The notes below the pieces were generated by a model, which was not told the origin of the DNA, made no database searches, and saw only the letters and a program-made list of their open reading frames with translations. Below, one piece after another: positions 23,501-38,800 of a stretch of DNA of 64,000 bases (the stretch's first letter is position 1; each line of letters opens with the position of its first letter). The position numbers and the translations under genes were made by a program. This DNA is from Heptranchias perlo. Lineage: Eukaryota. Location: the NCBI RefSeq assembly GCF_035084215.1, contig NC_090370.1:6014001-6078000 (forward strand), written 5' to 3'.

Positions 23501-26500
23501 CAACAACATGGCTGAAACAGCTAATATTTTCAATCTTTTTGTTTTGCCTGCAGTATATCCTATTTACTGGCTGACAGGACAAATGTAACATGCTCCAAAG
23601 CCTTGGCCACTGCTGCACCTGGTGAGAGATGCACCAGAGTGATTTATCATTCACTTCTTGCTTTTCCTGTTGAGAAGCACCATGTCCACTCAACACCTTG
23701 CACTAATACTGTCACTGGGATTGGGAATCAGAGATCCAAGACCTTACCAGTCTGTAGCTTTCATATTACAATCAAATGTTTCAGGTACTGTAGGGCAGTG
23801 GAACTCCAACCTGCTATACCACAGAGTATGGTGTTGAGTGGACTATTTAAACTCACAGCCATCAGAGGAACCAGTAATCTATTTCTAATGCCTCTTCCTC
23901 CAGGCTTTAACAAAGGATTTGGAAGAAGCAGAGGAGCAGTATGCAACAGCCCTGCGCAACCATGTTCAGAACGTAGATAAGCTGGTGGATCTGCAGCGAA
24001 GTAGACTGCTCTTGTTAGAGAATGAGTTTGAGGCAGAGTTGAAGTCACTAAAGGAAGAATTTGATACAGAGAGGTCAGTGTTCAACTCGCACATTTACTG
24101 ACAGTAGGTTTGGGTTACAAAGAGGTGTTGGCATATACTGATACAGCAGGCAATGCGGAGGGCCCTCTAACTCTCAAGTTGAAACTAAATCCTTCCAGAG
24201 TGCCAGTGGATGACTTCGAGAAAATAAATCATTTTTCGTTTGTGTGATGCTCTTCTAATTACATAAGGGTGCAAAGTGTAATTAAGTGATCTATTTTATG
24301 TGTTGTGGTTATTATAGTAATTGTTAAATTCAATGTACATCTGACAGACAGCAGATGATTGCGCAGCATGAGCAAGAGATGACTAACCTAGAGGATATCA
24401 TGTATGCAATGGACCAGATCTTCAGTGAGGTCGCAAACGATGCGCGTCAAGAATTCAACAGCACAAGGGATGACCTCAAGAACAAGGTAAGGAAGCTTGG
24501 ACACTACTGATTCAGCAAAATAAGGGGTTGGATGCCCTTATTCGATCAAGTGCTGTCAGAATACAGGAAATATTTGGATAAGAACAAAATATATAATTTT
24601 AAAATTAAATCCTGTGAATTAAATTTGTGTGTAGTTTTTCTGGGTCTAAATGTTATCACAGAACTTCTAAATGGTGAATGCACTTTTGTATTCATACTGA
24701 AACCACCACCCTCCTCCTCCTCTGAAGACACTACCATAATAAATTAGCTATTCTTCATGTGTGAGCTCCAACAAGCAAGTGTTGGTAAGCTACTGGACTG
24801 TGGGGCTATCACAGCTGAGCCCAATCCTGTCCTCCCCCAATGTCTGCACACACGCACTTTCCAGCAGAGGTCGCTGGATAACAATCAGAATCTGGAACAC
24901 AGACTGATTTTGCCTTTCTCAGCCCAGGGACTTTGAAATCACCAGGACTTGGACCTGGGACTTTTCTGGTCTGTATGGCTCAGCTACTTACTGGATAAAC
25001 TCATTGAGCCATCAGGGAAAACCGCAAGAAGACCTTTGAGGCTCAGATGTGATATCCCACATTCGAATAGCTTGCCAAATCTCACTGAATAATGGTCACT
25101 TGGGTGAGGTAGTGGCAGGTGCCCGAGAAACAGAATCCTAGTGAGAGTCAACAGCTTCCACAGGGGAGGGGAGAAAATTAGCAAGGAGGGAGGAACTTTT
25201 CTTTTTAAAAAAAAGTCTTGAACTGTCCAAAAGAAAATTGTAGACGAGTAGCCCTTATTGCTTCACATGTACATTAGAGGATATGAAATATCAGTGGCAA
25301 TATTCTGATTGTGAACAGCTTCATTGCTTAAATGGCGAAATCAAACCCTTGGACAGATACACGTATGACCAATATTAAACTCATTTTTTGTATCTTTTCA
25401 TCATTTCAAAATGTTCAATTAAACAGTGCAACAAGAAATGCACAATATACAGGGTTAACTGTGTTAATAAAACACCCAGCAACAATTTAATAGACCCAAT
25501 CAAATTAATAGACAAAGAGATCAGAAGATAGCAAACTATTCGTGCACTTTGTAGATCAGCAACAGTTCAACAGTACTGAAGCGACTTTCAGGCTGAGTTT
25601 TCAGTCTGTTCATCACAAGGGGTCATTTTATGAGTCTGCGTCTGTTGATCAGCAGCCTCGCCCACTGACAGCACATTTCAGAGATTTGGGTGCACACTGC
25701 CCATGATTCTCTGGCCAATTGATTCAAAATGGTCAGAAAATCATGGGCAGGCACGCCCAAATTTCCAGTATGCACTGCCAGGAGCGAGGCTCCTCACCAA
25801 CAGTCTGGACTTGTAAAATTACCCTATGATTTACCACTTTTTAAAAAGAACATGGTTAATAACTGATATTTTTGGATCCTAACGACCAGCATTCAAGATG
25901 ATAGATAACTGTGATTTTTCTGTGGCTTATTTCATGTACTAATGGGAATGACAGAAAACTGTGGCCAATCACAAAAAGCCTTTAATAAACACTCTTTTCA
26001 CGCGTTCAAGCAGTGAAGAAACCAATTAACTGGCATAAATGACAGGTTTTGTTCATCCAACTGTGGAATGTGCACATGTATCAGTAATGGCTCAATAGCA
26101 AAACGTGAAAAGACCTTTTCGCCGACTGGGCCGTGAAGAAACAGGATGAGCTTTTTGGTGAGGTGAGCAGCCCACAAACATACTCCATAGATAAACAGCG
26201 TGGCAGTATGTCACGGAGCATCTGAATTCTGGGTCAATCACTGTGAGTAGCAGGAAAGGAGGTCCAGTATTTTTGTCATGAAAATAGCAGCAAGTTAAGG
26301 AAGAATACGACTGTAAAGCCTAGGGTAGCTTGTTCTGTGATTTGAGCTCTTCCTATATTCTGCTTCTGCTGCATTGCACGATGCTGTCAATGGGCCAGTG
26401 CACCCAGGCTGTGGGACTGAAAACTCCTCCATTATTCATTTCTGTTAATGCTCTGGTGATATTACAAAATCTGGGCATTCATTCAACTAATGTGGTTCAG

Positions 26501-29500
26501 GACTCGCCTTTTTTTATTCTGTTTTCCCCACCCCAATCAAATTCTGTACGAGGTTCTCGTGAAGGGCCTTTAAAAAGTTCTTAGCTGTCCTTATTGAGCA
26601 AATATTTTTTTCTTTAGATTTTAAGATGGCAGCAACTCATAGCTGCAGTACAAACAGATGAAACCTATTAATACTTTTTACTGTTTATACACAGAGGCTT
26701 TTTCATGAAAGTTAACATAGAGCAAATACAGCCCAAGATCACTTTCCTATTAAGACCAATTCATCAGTACTAATGTTGCATTGTAGGAACCAAGACTGAT
26801 TATTGTATTTTCATGAATCTTATCCGAGTTGCTATCAAGCAGAAATTACTGCAAAACCCGAGATTGGCTTGCTGAAAAGAAAAATTATTTATGTAATTCC
26901 TATTGTTATTTCCAAATCACTTAATCTTAGTACTTAGTGAGACAAATGATGTTTTTGCTGCATTTAGAGCCTGGAGGAGAAGCATTCACTCAGAGTCCGT
27001 CTGGAGGGGTTAGTGGAAGACTTGTGGCTACAGTTCCAACATGCACTGAAGAACTACATCGACTCAACCGAGGATCGGAAAATTGCATTTGAAGCATTGA
27101 AGACACGCGATGAGAAGAGTGCAAAAGAGATTGAAATGCAGATGAAAAAGCTGCAGAGAATGCAAGTAGGTCTGACTAAGTACATTTCTACCTGTTTTAT
27201 TTACCACATCTATTGCAGAGTTTAATTTGACCATATTTGGGAAGAGATGCCCCAGTTATAAACCAAGAATTGTTACAGCTGCAACTTTACTGAGGTTGAA
27301 TTTGTGTGCCATTTGATAGTTATTGTTTAGAATATTAATAACCCTCTTTTTCTTTCTGTTGCAGTCTTTCTTGTCCCTCTCAGCTTTATGAATACTAGCT
27401 CCTCTGTATATTCCTCTGTTGTGCCTTGTAAGCTCCAAATATCCGACATATTGTTCCCCAATAAATCCTCACTGTTGAAATCTAGGGGTTGAGTTTATGA
27501 ATGCACACTGCCATTGTGAGGAGAACCCCTGTAATTTCACGCTATGCGCTCCTGGTGGGAAAAGTTGGGAGAATGATTGTATAAAATCGCTACACCAGAC
27601 TCAGCTACTCCATATCATTGTTTACCAGGACCTTAAAACTGTGTAGCTCCTTGCTTTCCTCCTTCCGTCTGTCTGTTTTCCTACTATCTACAGCCATTTA
27701 AAACTCAAGCTTGGTATCATCTAATCACTACTTTCTGACTTACTTGGTCTTCTGTCCTACCCTTTTCAACCTTGGTATTGCTTGCACTATAGCCCTTGGC
27801 TTTTCCCTTAGTTCTCAGTTTAAAAAATAAATCAGTATGAAATAAAGTTTAATCCTTATACAGGTAACTGGAAGTTTGACAACTCCATTTTTCTTTTACA
27901 AAAAGGATACAATAGCAGCACTTAAGATCAAGATAGCAGCCAATTCACAAAAGTGTGAGGCACAGAATAAAAAACTACGAGATGAAAAAGAAACAATTAA
28001 GCAACACTTCCTGATGCAGAAAAGCCAGATGAATTATCTCCGAGCACGTGAGCATGAGCGTCTCATCAAACTAACGCTCGAGAGTAATGCTGCAATCAAA
28101 GCACTGAAGAACATCTGTGATAAGGTAAAGTTTCAGGTACCAGAACTAAACCTGTTAGGAAAAGAGTTAGGGGAACCCACTTCTTATTCACTCCAACATT
28201 TTCATTAACACTAGTGAATGGAGGAAAGTACATTCAATTGATATGCATGGGTCACGCGAGTCAGATTGTAATTTATCTGTTATTAGAGAATCTCCCGTGA
28301 TGTTGCTTGCAGGGAGTGGCGATTAGTGGGATATTTCTGACATTTCCAAAGTGGGTCCGAATCTGTATGAACGGTGAGATTGAAAGAGAATAGAAGTAGG
28401 AGGAGGGGGGACGAGGGGAGTTTAGGAAGGTGTAGGTTGAAGTCACCAAGGATGCGGAGTTTCTCCGTGCAGAGGCTAAGGAGGACATCTAAGTGAAGAC
28501 GTTGGGGTGGGGCTTGGGTGGGGTAAATGAAAAAGATTTTGAATGAGGGGTAGGAGGGAAAGATGCTCAAAGGAGTAGGGGGGAGAGGCCAAAGGATGAC
28601 TTGGCCATTCTGAAAGATAATCAAGCAAAGCTCCAGAATATTTATCTGTCAGCACGTTGCCACAATTCAGTTTGTAAGATTACTTCTAATTACCTAATGT
28701 TTGTTCTGTACAAATGATTAAGAAGTACTTTGTCCCTTCTGCAAAATCTAGCCTTCCTTATGCACATTCCAGCAGGAACTACACTACACGGTGTGATAAT
28801 ACTGTGTGTTGTGATATGTACTGGACTATGCACAACTTGAGCATTCCACATATACTCGGATCTTGTGAAGAAGAACTCTGATAGTAATTTAATAAGTGTT
28901 ACTGGATTCTCTTTTATCAACATACCAGTCCTCCCCAAATAGAGTTCTTGTATAGAAGTGGATCATGGTCCAACGTCAGTACTGTTAAACTTGGATGACC
29001 ATTGTAGCCCATCTCAATGAATTCGAAAAATTGTTGTTCTTCATGTCGTGAATGCTAACTGCTTTGATGTGTCCAGGGTGAACACATTCTGAAAATGGCA
29101 GAGATGTGCAGGAAACTGGAAACGGAAGAAGAGAAAGTTCTTCCATTCTATGCCTCCTCTCTGACCCCAGAAGAGGAGAAAAAAGTTCAAAACCTGATGA
29201 TGGCGAGGCCATGTGAAGAGCTTGCGCAGGTGAGTGGTGGATACGCTCTATCTCAAGATCAGGGTTTGGTTAAGTTGGAATTTATTGGAAAGGTGAATTG
29301 ACTATGGTAAGATGTGGATGAAGTTTGAATCAGTGGTGTTTCAGGTAGGAATGGGTGGAGTACGGCTAAAGTTTGGGTGAAGATAGGTATTGTAGAGTTT
29401 GGATCTGGTAGATGTGAGAGGGGTTTGCCTCTGAAGGATATGAATTAGTCTTGTGGAACATAGACCAGATTTGGCTCACTTGAATGCATGCTGCATTCAA

Positions 29501-30124
29501 TTTATGAAACCTCCCTGTGTTTCAGGGATACAGGATACTATTACTGTCCAACTGGATAGCAGACTAAATTATGCATCTTCGTGACTATCATCATATTGTA
29601 AAATATTATAATGAAATGAAGGTTAAAATTGGGTTCTGGCTTATCTTAATAAGTGGTGTTTCTATTAGTACTGAAATAGATCCTAATTGGGATTTGGATA
29701 CAAAAGGCTGGGATTTTGCTTATATGGAGGTTGCTTTCCCAGATCTGCTGCAAGCGATTGATCTTCCTAGATTCTATACTATAGTAAATTTGCACTTTGT
29801 GCCTTTTTTTTCTTTAAGGTGATGATGGACTATGTGGCTCTGGAACAATTCTGGAAGCGTTATAATAAGGTCCTCTTGGACCAGAAGGTTTTGGAACAAG
29901 AGAAATATACCTTACTGCAGGAGAATAGGCATCTCCGGCAACTCCTGAAACAGTACTTAGATGGAATCTCTGTCAATGAGGAAATCCTGTCAAACCTGAA
30001 CCCTCTTATTGTCATCAACAACAAAACTAATGTGAAAATGAATGTACCTGCGGTAGAATCCGCAGCCCCAAAGCCAGTTTACAATGTGATTGAAGCTGCA
30101 CATATCATTGATCGTACAGTCTAA
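17514..30124 (+). CDS. CCDC65: Dynein regulatory complex subunit 2 (coiled-coil domain-containing 65), 494 aa; exons 17514-17645, 22751-22918, 23904-24073, 24348-24486, 26968-27165, 27906-28124, 29077-29229, 29819-30124
   Basis: Spliced protein [11 protein letters not shown]...[15 protein letters not shown]...[17 protein letters not shown]/...LTLESNA/...[14 protein letters not shown]/...FWKRYNKV...[10 protein letters not shown] matches recalled CCDC65 along its length. All introns GT-AG and phase-consistent. AATAAA at 30272-30277. A strong donor AAG|GTAAGT at 17202/17203 suggests a 5'UTR exon. Confidence 0.96.
18856..19708 (-). mobile_element. Non-LTR retrotransposon 3' fragment (CR1/L2-group RT C-terminus)
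   Basis: [24 protein letters not shown]...[13 protein letters not shown]; the same 3' tail (gggcaattagggatgggcaataaatg) occurs at ~11690 (+) and ~46720 (-). Confidence 0.88.
25619..25825. mobile_element. Palindromic MITE
   Basis: Ends ggggtcattttatgagtc / gacttgtaaaattaccct, with internal inverted symmetry around ~25720. Confidence 0.6.
28270..28630 (-). mobile_element. Degraded L2-type endonuclease remnant in CCDC65 intron 6
   Basis: [13 protein letters not shown]-endonuclease motif in ORF 28283..28624. Confidence 0.6.
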
Positions 30125-32883
30125 CGTTTTGCAGCTATCACTTCAACTCGTGTAAATGGCTGTCTGTCCGTCTTTTACTTTACTGACCAGTGGCTAAACT
30201 GTGACCATTTGACAATTTTATACCTAATTATCAAGTTAAATATCATCTACTCACCTAATCATTTAACATCCAATAAACAATATATGAATCCAAAACTTCA
30301 CCAACTAGTTGTCAAATTTTCTCTCTATATATTTTTTTAATGTGTATATATAGCTATTGAAACAGAGAAAATTAATTCAACAATATAATGTGTAAAAACA
30401 AATTGTCTACTGAATTATCCATCTTATCCTATCAGGTTAACAAAGCTATTCAACCTGTTGCTCATGGTGAATGTGAGGCTACGGTGTTTTTTAGCAATTG
30501 GGTGTTTATGCAACGTGGGGCATAATATCAGTGTCACTGATTTATGGTGACCGAATGGTGCAACAGAGGTGCCCCCCCCCCTTACTGAGGCAGCCGAAAG
30601 TCAGTGAGGCACCAATGAGGGAGACCAAGGCCCGGAGCTGGCCAAAGATAAAGGTGAGTAAACTTTTTTTTACTGGGGTGATGTATGGTCCCTATACATA
30701 GCAGTCAATCCATCTTCCCTGTGATGCCCACAAGCAATAGACCTGTCTGTCCTGAGCCCCTTGAGCTATTAAAGTTTACTAACTTTGTTGCCTGTTTCTG
30801 TATCTTGATGGTGATTGCTTGGAGCAACCTATTGTTCAGGTAGTTAACCTTCAGTCCAACTTTTCCATGTGGCAGCTGTCACAGTTGAAATAATGAAAAT
30901 ACTTGAGACAAATCTATCCTGCACTACAGGATCCTGCCACCCCCCCCCCACTCTCCATTGTGCTGTTCACACAGCTTGAGAGGCTAACACAGGCCTCACT
31001 GCAGATTGACACCAGACCAGCTTGCTCCTAGGTGTAGGCTTACTGCTTTTTAGTGCGTTTTGGTCAACGTGAAGAATGTTACTGCTGAGGAAATTAAATA
31101 GCTTTCTAGTTTTTATTTCAGCATCAAGCTCTCTCAGCCTCGAGTATAGCATGGGTGGATGCAAAATAAAGCTCCCTCTGCCCAGCCCCAGCAACGTTGC
31201 TTAACTGTAATCTCAAAGAACACAACTCTGCCAGTGTGAATTTCCCTTTCTCACACCAGCTGTCATGTGGTCTCTGCAAGTAGGACTACCAATTCAGTGC
31301 TAATTAGTGCTGAATTATGAGCTGTTTTATTCAGTATTCACACCCATTTGGAACTAGGCTACATCTTTAATGTCTTGCTTCAATTAAATGTTTGGCTGTT
31401 GAACACAGGACTGAGTGTACAGGCTTAGCTTTCTAAAAACAATTAACATGTTTGTATCAAATTCCTCTTTCCCACTATGTTACTCGAGGCCATTTTACCC
31501 ATGTAAAATAACTCAATTAAAATAATGGAGAGAAAAGTTGGTATGAGCATGTTAAGTACAATAACATCACACTCATTTTTAGGCTCCAGTGTTTTGGTCG
31601 TTCCTCTTTTATTGTGCACATGCTGCACGGCAAAGTGTGTTTGTAGCAAGTTTGAGAGTTGGCTTAAAGCAACAATACATCTCTGCATAATTATAGGAGA
31701 CATTATAACCAGTTCATAGAAAAAGTCATCATGCTTAGGAGTACCAAGAGTTCTTTTCATAAATATAATTCTTCCTTTGCACAATGCTGATTTTGCTTTG
31801 GTCCCCAAAAATGTCACACATTTATGCCCACGGCACAGTCACTACAAACTGCAGCATTGATTGGCTAAAAATAAATTGACCGTTAAACTATTTTCTTCAG
31901 CCAACCATGTGCAACAGCTTTTAAACAATTGCTCCAAACAACTGGTCCAGAATGGGTGGGGAGGTGAAGGCAGAACAAAGCAGGTAAATCTTCCCAAAGA
32001 TAACATGATAAAATAGAGAATATAAATAAGAAACAGAAGCGAGGGCAGGAAAAAGACAGAATAAATGTAATGGCTTTATAAATATATTTTCAGGTCAGGA
32101 TTTTTTATTATATAACAATTATAGTAATATTAAAGAACTAAACATTTTGCATCTTAGTAGCTTTATTACAACAATATTTCATTCTTGGGCCGCACAGAGT
32201 GAGGTGAGATTTTTAAAGAATTGTCAGCCGAGGAGTCCATAGAGAGATGTACCATTACAGAGACAAAAAAATGTTTTTAGGTGGTTTCGTGCTCATACTA
32301 CACCACATTTTCCTAGCAATTTTATTATCTTCAGCCCACAAGTTTGGTATCTTTAGATATATCTGAATGCTTTTGACAATATGTATCTTGATACTTGGCA
32401 ATTGCACCAACATAAATTAATTTTTTTAACAGTAGTATTCACATTCTCTCTTCTGCTTGTATCAAAAAAAATCAAATGGAGGAATGGCATGTTATTTTAA
32501 AATAACAGAATCTGATATGATTGAAATGTGCATACGACCAGCATTTGAGGCGTACACCCTTGATTATAGCAGGAGTGCAATGGGGTACATGTTTTGCTGA
32601 TACAAAATCACAGCTACCCAACTATAATATTGCACCTCTTTCACCTTTGCCCTGCCGTCTGAACGTGTAACAATCAGTTAAAGCAACACTGTGTCTGACC
32701 TAAAGCTGAACCTGTGAATAATTACTTGAAGGCAGCAATGATCAACTGTCTGAAACCAAGTGATTATTCACAGATGTCATTACTAGAATTGGAGGATAAT
32801 CCTGTGATGTGAAAGAAAGCAGAACAACTCTCCCCTAGTTACAAAATAAAACCAAACAAGAATTTAACAATTTTGTAGAAAAT

Positions 32884-35800
32884 TTATTTATTTTTTGCTT
32901 TGCCCTTTTTTTCGTCTTTGAGCTTCCGTTTGGAGATTTTTGGTGCATTTGCTTTTGAATAGAGATAATAGCCTATCAGACACAGAAGTCCAGGGACCAG
33001 CACCAAGCAGGCTATTGGGATCATATTGTCCATCATTTTCTTCCAATATGTTGATTTCACTAAAGTCACCAATTCGGTCTCAAACAACAATACAGAGTCT
33101 CCTGAAATACAGAAAGTGAAGTTCTAAACACAATGTCCATTCACATCTAGGTTATTGCAGCATTTAAACCTCCGATAATGATAGAAATACCAGTATAACG
33201 ATGTACAAAGGAGGAATCCAAAATGGTTTCAACAACATCATAAACCCAAAGATTGAAGCGTGTGCAGTTTGTTAGAACATTACAAAGAAATAGGAGCAGG
33301 AGTAGGCCATTCGGCCCCTCGAACCTGCTCCGCCATTCAATAAGATCATGGCTGATCGTCTACCTCAACGCCATTTTCCTGCACCATCCCCACATCCTTT
33401 GGTGCCTTTAATATCTAGAAATCTATCGATCTCTGTTTTGAATGTACTCAATGACTGAGCCTCCACAGCCCTCTGGGGTAGAGAATTCCAAAGATTCACC
33501 ACCCTCAGTGAAGAAATTTCTTCTCAGCTCAGTCCTAAATGGCCTGCCCCTTATTCTGAGACTGTGACCCCTGGTTCTAGACTCCCCAGCCAGGGGAAAC
33601 ATCCTCCCTGCAGCTACCCTGTCGAGCCCTGTAAGAATTTTGTCTGTTTCAATGAGATCACCTCTCATTCTTCTGAACTCTAGAGAATACAGGCCTAGTC
33701 TACTCAATCTCTCTTCATACGATAATCCCGCCATCCCAGGAATCAGTCTGGTGAACCTTCGTTGCACTCCCTCTATGGCAAGTATATTCTTTCTTAGGTA
33801 AGGAAACCAAAATTGTACACACTACTCCAGGCGTGTCTCACCAAGGCCCTATATAATTGCAGTCAGACATCTTTACTCCTGTACTCAAATCCTCTTGTAA
33901 TAAAGGCCCATGACTTATTTTGAACATGGATTGCTGTACTCATCTGGCCCTCACTATCTCCTTTGACCTAGAGTGGAATGCCTACATCTCCTTCATGGCT
34001 AAAGTGGTCTCCAAGAAACTCAGTTCTCTCTTTTGGGCCAAATATTACTTTTCCTTTCCACAATGTTTATCTGTGTAAAGCACAAGTCTATCCTATATCT
34101 GGAAGGCTTTTATAGCACCTGCCCCACATTCCTGAACAGGACACTAGAAAAAGCTTGCAGTTTCATAGGTGATCTCCCTCTGATCTCTAGCCTCCCAGCT
34201 CTCTCTCAATTGCAGCCTTCTGCACCATTATGCTGAGTACTCCTTGGAATGTTCCTCGCTTGCGCCTGATAAGTTCCAAATATGTATTCCTACACACTAT
34301 CCCTTCTCCCGATGTTCTCATTGTGTTGAAATCAAAATCCATCTCATAGCTACTCCAGCATGTATGAAGTGTAGCGCTACACTGACCTGCAGTTATATCT
34401 TTTTAAATAATGTCGTTTTTTTTTTAAGATTATGCATCTGTAGAGCCTTGGGGTATTTTTCCATATTAAAGGCACTATATAAATACAAAATTGCTGAAAA
34501 GAATGTAGTCTGTTGCTGCAGAATGCTTAGGGTAAGCATTCTTGTAGTACTGTTAATTTAAAAAATGTTATTTAGACCAAAACTAAAGTATAAAATTCCT
34601 TGAAAACTCCTATCACATTGATAATTTGTAAATTTAAAATGTTAGAGAAAGGCTGAGTCACCAAAATCCTGCTGTTGGACCCAGAGCTTTTTAATTATCA
34701 AAAATTAAATAAAATGTATAATTTCAAACAAAAATATTTACAGGGTGACAGATAACTGTCTCTATCTGATGTACAGTTCAGTTGGTGAACTAATAAAACT
34801 TGCTCATTGAGCAACAGTACATTGAGTTACAGCAAGGTTGGGATTCGAACACACCATGGGTTGGCCACCCAATACGATGTTGCAATGATTTACCACAATA
34901 TTCCCCAAAAAACTACTTTGAAGCCGAGATTGGAGTTAGAACCGGATACGTGCCTGGAATGGAGGGTGGAAAGCCTCGTTTCCCATACGCTAGGTTAGAT
35001 GGAATGGTTAACTTTCTCTTCTCTCTGGAAATAAAAACACTTGTCACTTGTAATACATAATGTTTTTTCCTCTGTATCATTATCTGCTAATCATCCTATA
35101 GTTAGTATATAGATCACTAATGGGTGAGAAATTGATGGGTTTCTTTCTTACGACCATTGGAATGCTAGCATGGCTCAGTTGGTAAAGTCGGCTTATTACT
35201 AAGCCCTTACAACATGCAAAGTTCCCCAGTTCAATCCCTGGTCTATGCTGAATGGGCCTCAGCTAGGCTGGTAGTTAGGGTAGTGGAGTTAGCCTCAGCA
35301 TGCTTGGGCTAGGAAGGGGAAAACAAGCCATGGTTCTTTTCCCTGGCTGGTGACTCTTCCTGGAAAGTGTGTGGGCCAGAATTCTGGATGAGGATGGGGC
35401 TCAGCTAGGATGCCAGCTGTTACTGTCTAGATTCACACATGAAGAATTGGCATTTGGGCGAGGCACTGGAGGGCAGCCAATGCCTGTGGAACTGAACTCC
35501 AAAGAGTCAACACACTTAGGATATTTTTACAAATATAAATTAAATAAAACAGAGTGACCATCACACAAGGATCCCATGCTTTGGACACTTACACACCAAG
35601 TGCAGGATACATCCTTATGTCAGCTGAAGTTGTCATCAACTGGCTGATACGCCTGATGTTTAGACCATATATACTGCATGATAATTCAACTCATTGCAGA
35701 TCATTTATGTATAATCACTACACCATGTCTGCTACAGCAGTATTGTAACTAAGTTCTGCATTTTCACACAATATACAACATGTATTACAGGATAAGAAGC

Positions 35801-38800
35801 GTTCTTGATGGTCTGAGCAGCGACACATTGAGGGCTGAGTTGCTATCAGGTATCAGTGTTACCTCAGTGCCATGATGTATCACATCCTTGAAAAATACTC
35901 CAGTTTCTGCTTTTTAAAAATCTAACTAGCAGATCTCCCATGATATTGCTCATGGTGAGTCAGAAAGTGCGCTGTTTTATAACAGGGGTGTTATCAATAA
36001 GGCATGATAGGGAAAGTATGACAGGAAGTGTGACAGAAATTGCGCACTATACGCAAGACTTTTAACATTAGAGGTATTCAATTCCATTTTTAGGAATTTA
36101 CTTTTCCCAGACAGCAGGCTCCCAAGGTCAAATCATGTGATTTGAAAAGTAGTGACATCACTATCATCTACATTAGCCATTTGCCGATGTTACAAGATCT
36201 CTACTGTATTCAGAGCATAAACTGCATTGAACAAAATAATAAAAGAAACCAAACTTGTATCCTTCAAAGAAAATAGATCTTTCCCGGTTCTGTGATTACT
36301 TAGCTGATCGCGGTCAGTACAGTAGTGGGGGGGGTCATTGTTCCTGGGTTTGAGAGGGAGGAAAATCAGCCAGCCAGGATTCCTTCTCTTGCTCGCCATT
36401 GTTTACCCTCTGCTGGAAAGTGAATAGGGAAGTTGGGTAAGGACAGAATTGAGCTTGACTGTGATGTCAGCCACAGTAAAGGCTGATGGTAAACCTACCC
36501 TCAGACACTGAGGGCATGATTTTAAAAGAGCGGTGGGAGGGCAGCAGGGCGGGGGAGGTCAATGGGCGTGCGGCAAATGCGAATAATTAAAACTTACCGT
36601 TCCCCACGCGATCGCGACTTAATTGTTGGCCATTAATCTTGTTTCCAGGTTTACTGCGCACTGGGCAGACTGTGCATCCGCATGACCTGCTGTCAGCTGG
36701 AACATCTGGATTTAAAGGGCCGTTGCTCCAATGGATTTTGCTGGAGCAAAGAGCCAGACGACCTAATGGAGCAACACAGGGGCAAGGCTGCTCCAAGATT
36801 CAGCAATGCCTCACTCAGATGCTACTGACCGCGGCGAGGAAGAGGAGGGAACTATTTTACCCGGCCGACAGGAGGTGCCTCTGTCACCAAGAAGGCCTGG
36901 CTCAAGGTGGCAGAGGAGGTCACGAGCAGGAGCAACATATCCCACACTTGGGTCCAGTGCAGGAAGCACTTCAATGACCTAACTAGGTCAGCAAAAGTGA
37001 GTACACTTATTGATTCTCCTGTGTTCCGTGTTCCACATCACCCACCACCCCCCCACATTCTGCACTGCCAAGACTACTCCATCACATCACTCCTCACACC
37101 CACTTAAGGCTCATCGTCAACTTACCTTCACTTCCTCACCTCCCCATTTACACTCACCCCAATCCTGATCCAATGTGATGTCTCTGTCTGATACCAATCC
37201 TCTGATGCACCTCTTTCACGGTCAGCCTCACCCAAAGCAATGCATTCATCGGCTGACCACTTCAGCATCACGCACTCACATCTGTACTTTCTCCCCTTGT
37301 AGAAGAGAGTGCAAAATGCATGGGAGAGGGCTAGGACTGGAGGGGGGGGCCGCAACAAATAGTGGCCCTCACAGAGGCGGAGGAGGAGGAGGCCCTGCAG
37401 ATCAGCACCGTTGAGTGCCTGTCCATCGGGGATGCCGAGACTGGCACCCCACAAACGTCTGTGACACAACTTTAACATTCATCACACAACATGAATTGAT
37501 GTTATTAACGATTGGCATGTTGAACACCTCAGTATGCTCATCACATTATACATCTGTGATGATTCTTAATATTGCCTTCTGTTCTCTTCCAGGCCCTTCA
37601 GTGATGGAAGTGACAGGAGAGGACGATTCCTCAGAGGAGCTCCCGGCCTCTGAGGGCGCACCGTCACATCTTAGTGAGCCATCCACCAGCGCAGATACGC
37701 ACACCTCGGTGGGTCCTAGTAGTCAGTTAGTTGGGTTGGCACCTGGTGAGCACTGTCCCCTCGAAGCTGCGCGCGTGCGAGGCTGTGCAGCAGTCTGTTA
37801 TGTGCCGTGCACTTAGACAGTCCGTCCGCACACCAAACCAGTGCTCTCGGCCCCCCTCTCACACTGACCAGTGCCCGGACCCCAGGCCCACCTCCAGCTC
37901 TGCTTCCCTGGTCCCCAGTGCTCCAGCCCCAGCCGGGCTGCTCTGCCTCTGGTGCTGGGGAGTGCCCGGAGGTCCGAGTCTCCAGCCCCAGCTGCCGCAT
38001 TGTTTACCCCGTTGCTAGGAAACCAGACCGGGAAGTAAAATCGAAACCGATGTGTTTGTCAGTGGCCAATCACAGACCGGAACTATCTGCCCAGAGAGCA
38101 GGCACCTCCGCCCAATCAAAGCGCAGGGGCCCATACATAGAGGCAGCCAAAACTAATGAGACTTGCAATATGTACAATTGGAATGCAATAATTTTTTAAA
38201 CGCTGCTGAGGATTCAATGGAGGGGGGGGGGGGGGGGGGAGGAGAGAGCTTCAATTAAACTGTTCCCTATCCCCAAATTCTCTGTGACTGGTTTGACAGC
38301 TGTTTTGTATTTCTGACTCAATCTAAAAATTCTGATTGCACACGATTTATTTCTCTTTGAATCAGAGTCATTAAGATGATTCAACAAAGAGCTGATTGGA
38401 ATCGTTCCCATCAGATCATTTTTAATAAAATGTAACGAAACTGGTCTGCTCAATCCTAATGCAACTTAAGAAACCCATTTCATAAACTGTATAAATTTAT
38501 CAGCCAATATAACATTAAATTGTTACAATTATCCATTATTTTGTACATTGTTCTGTTTGTTAATTACCCTGAATAATGTTTTCTAAAAAGATTGTAAACA
38601 ATTTTACAACACCAAGTTATAGTCCAGCAAAAAGATGTTCTATTTAAAGTTGTGATTTTTTTTACGGTGGCGCACACAGCCTTTATATCGGTGCACAAAC
38701 CCAAATTCATTCTGCACATGGCCAAAAAAAATTAGAGGGAACCTTGCTGGTGAGTCACCACACACAAGTGAGCACGAGCAGACACTGGTGGCAGGGGCAG

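Noticed and set aside
24341-24354. Tandem acceptors (cag-acag-cag) at CCDC65 exon 4
   Set aside because: Only the first keeps the frame; no evidence that the others are used.
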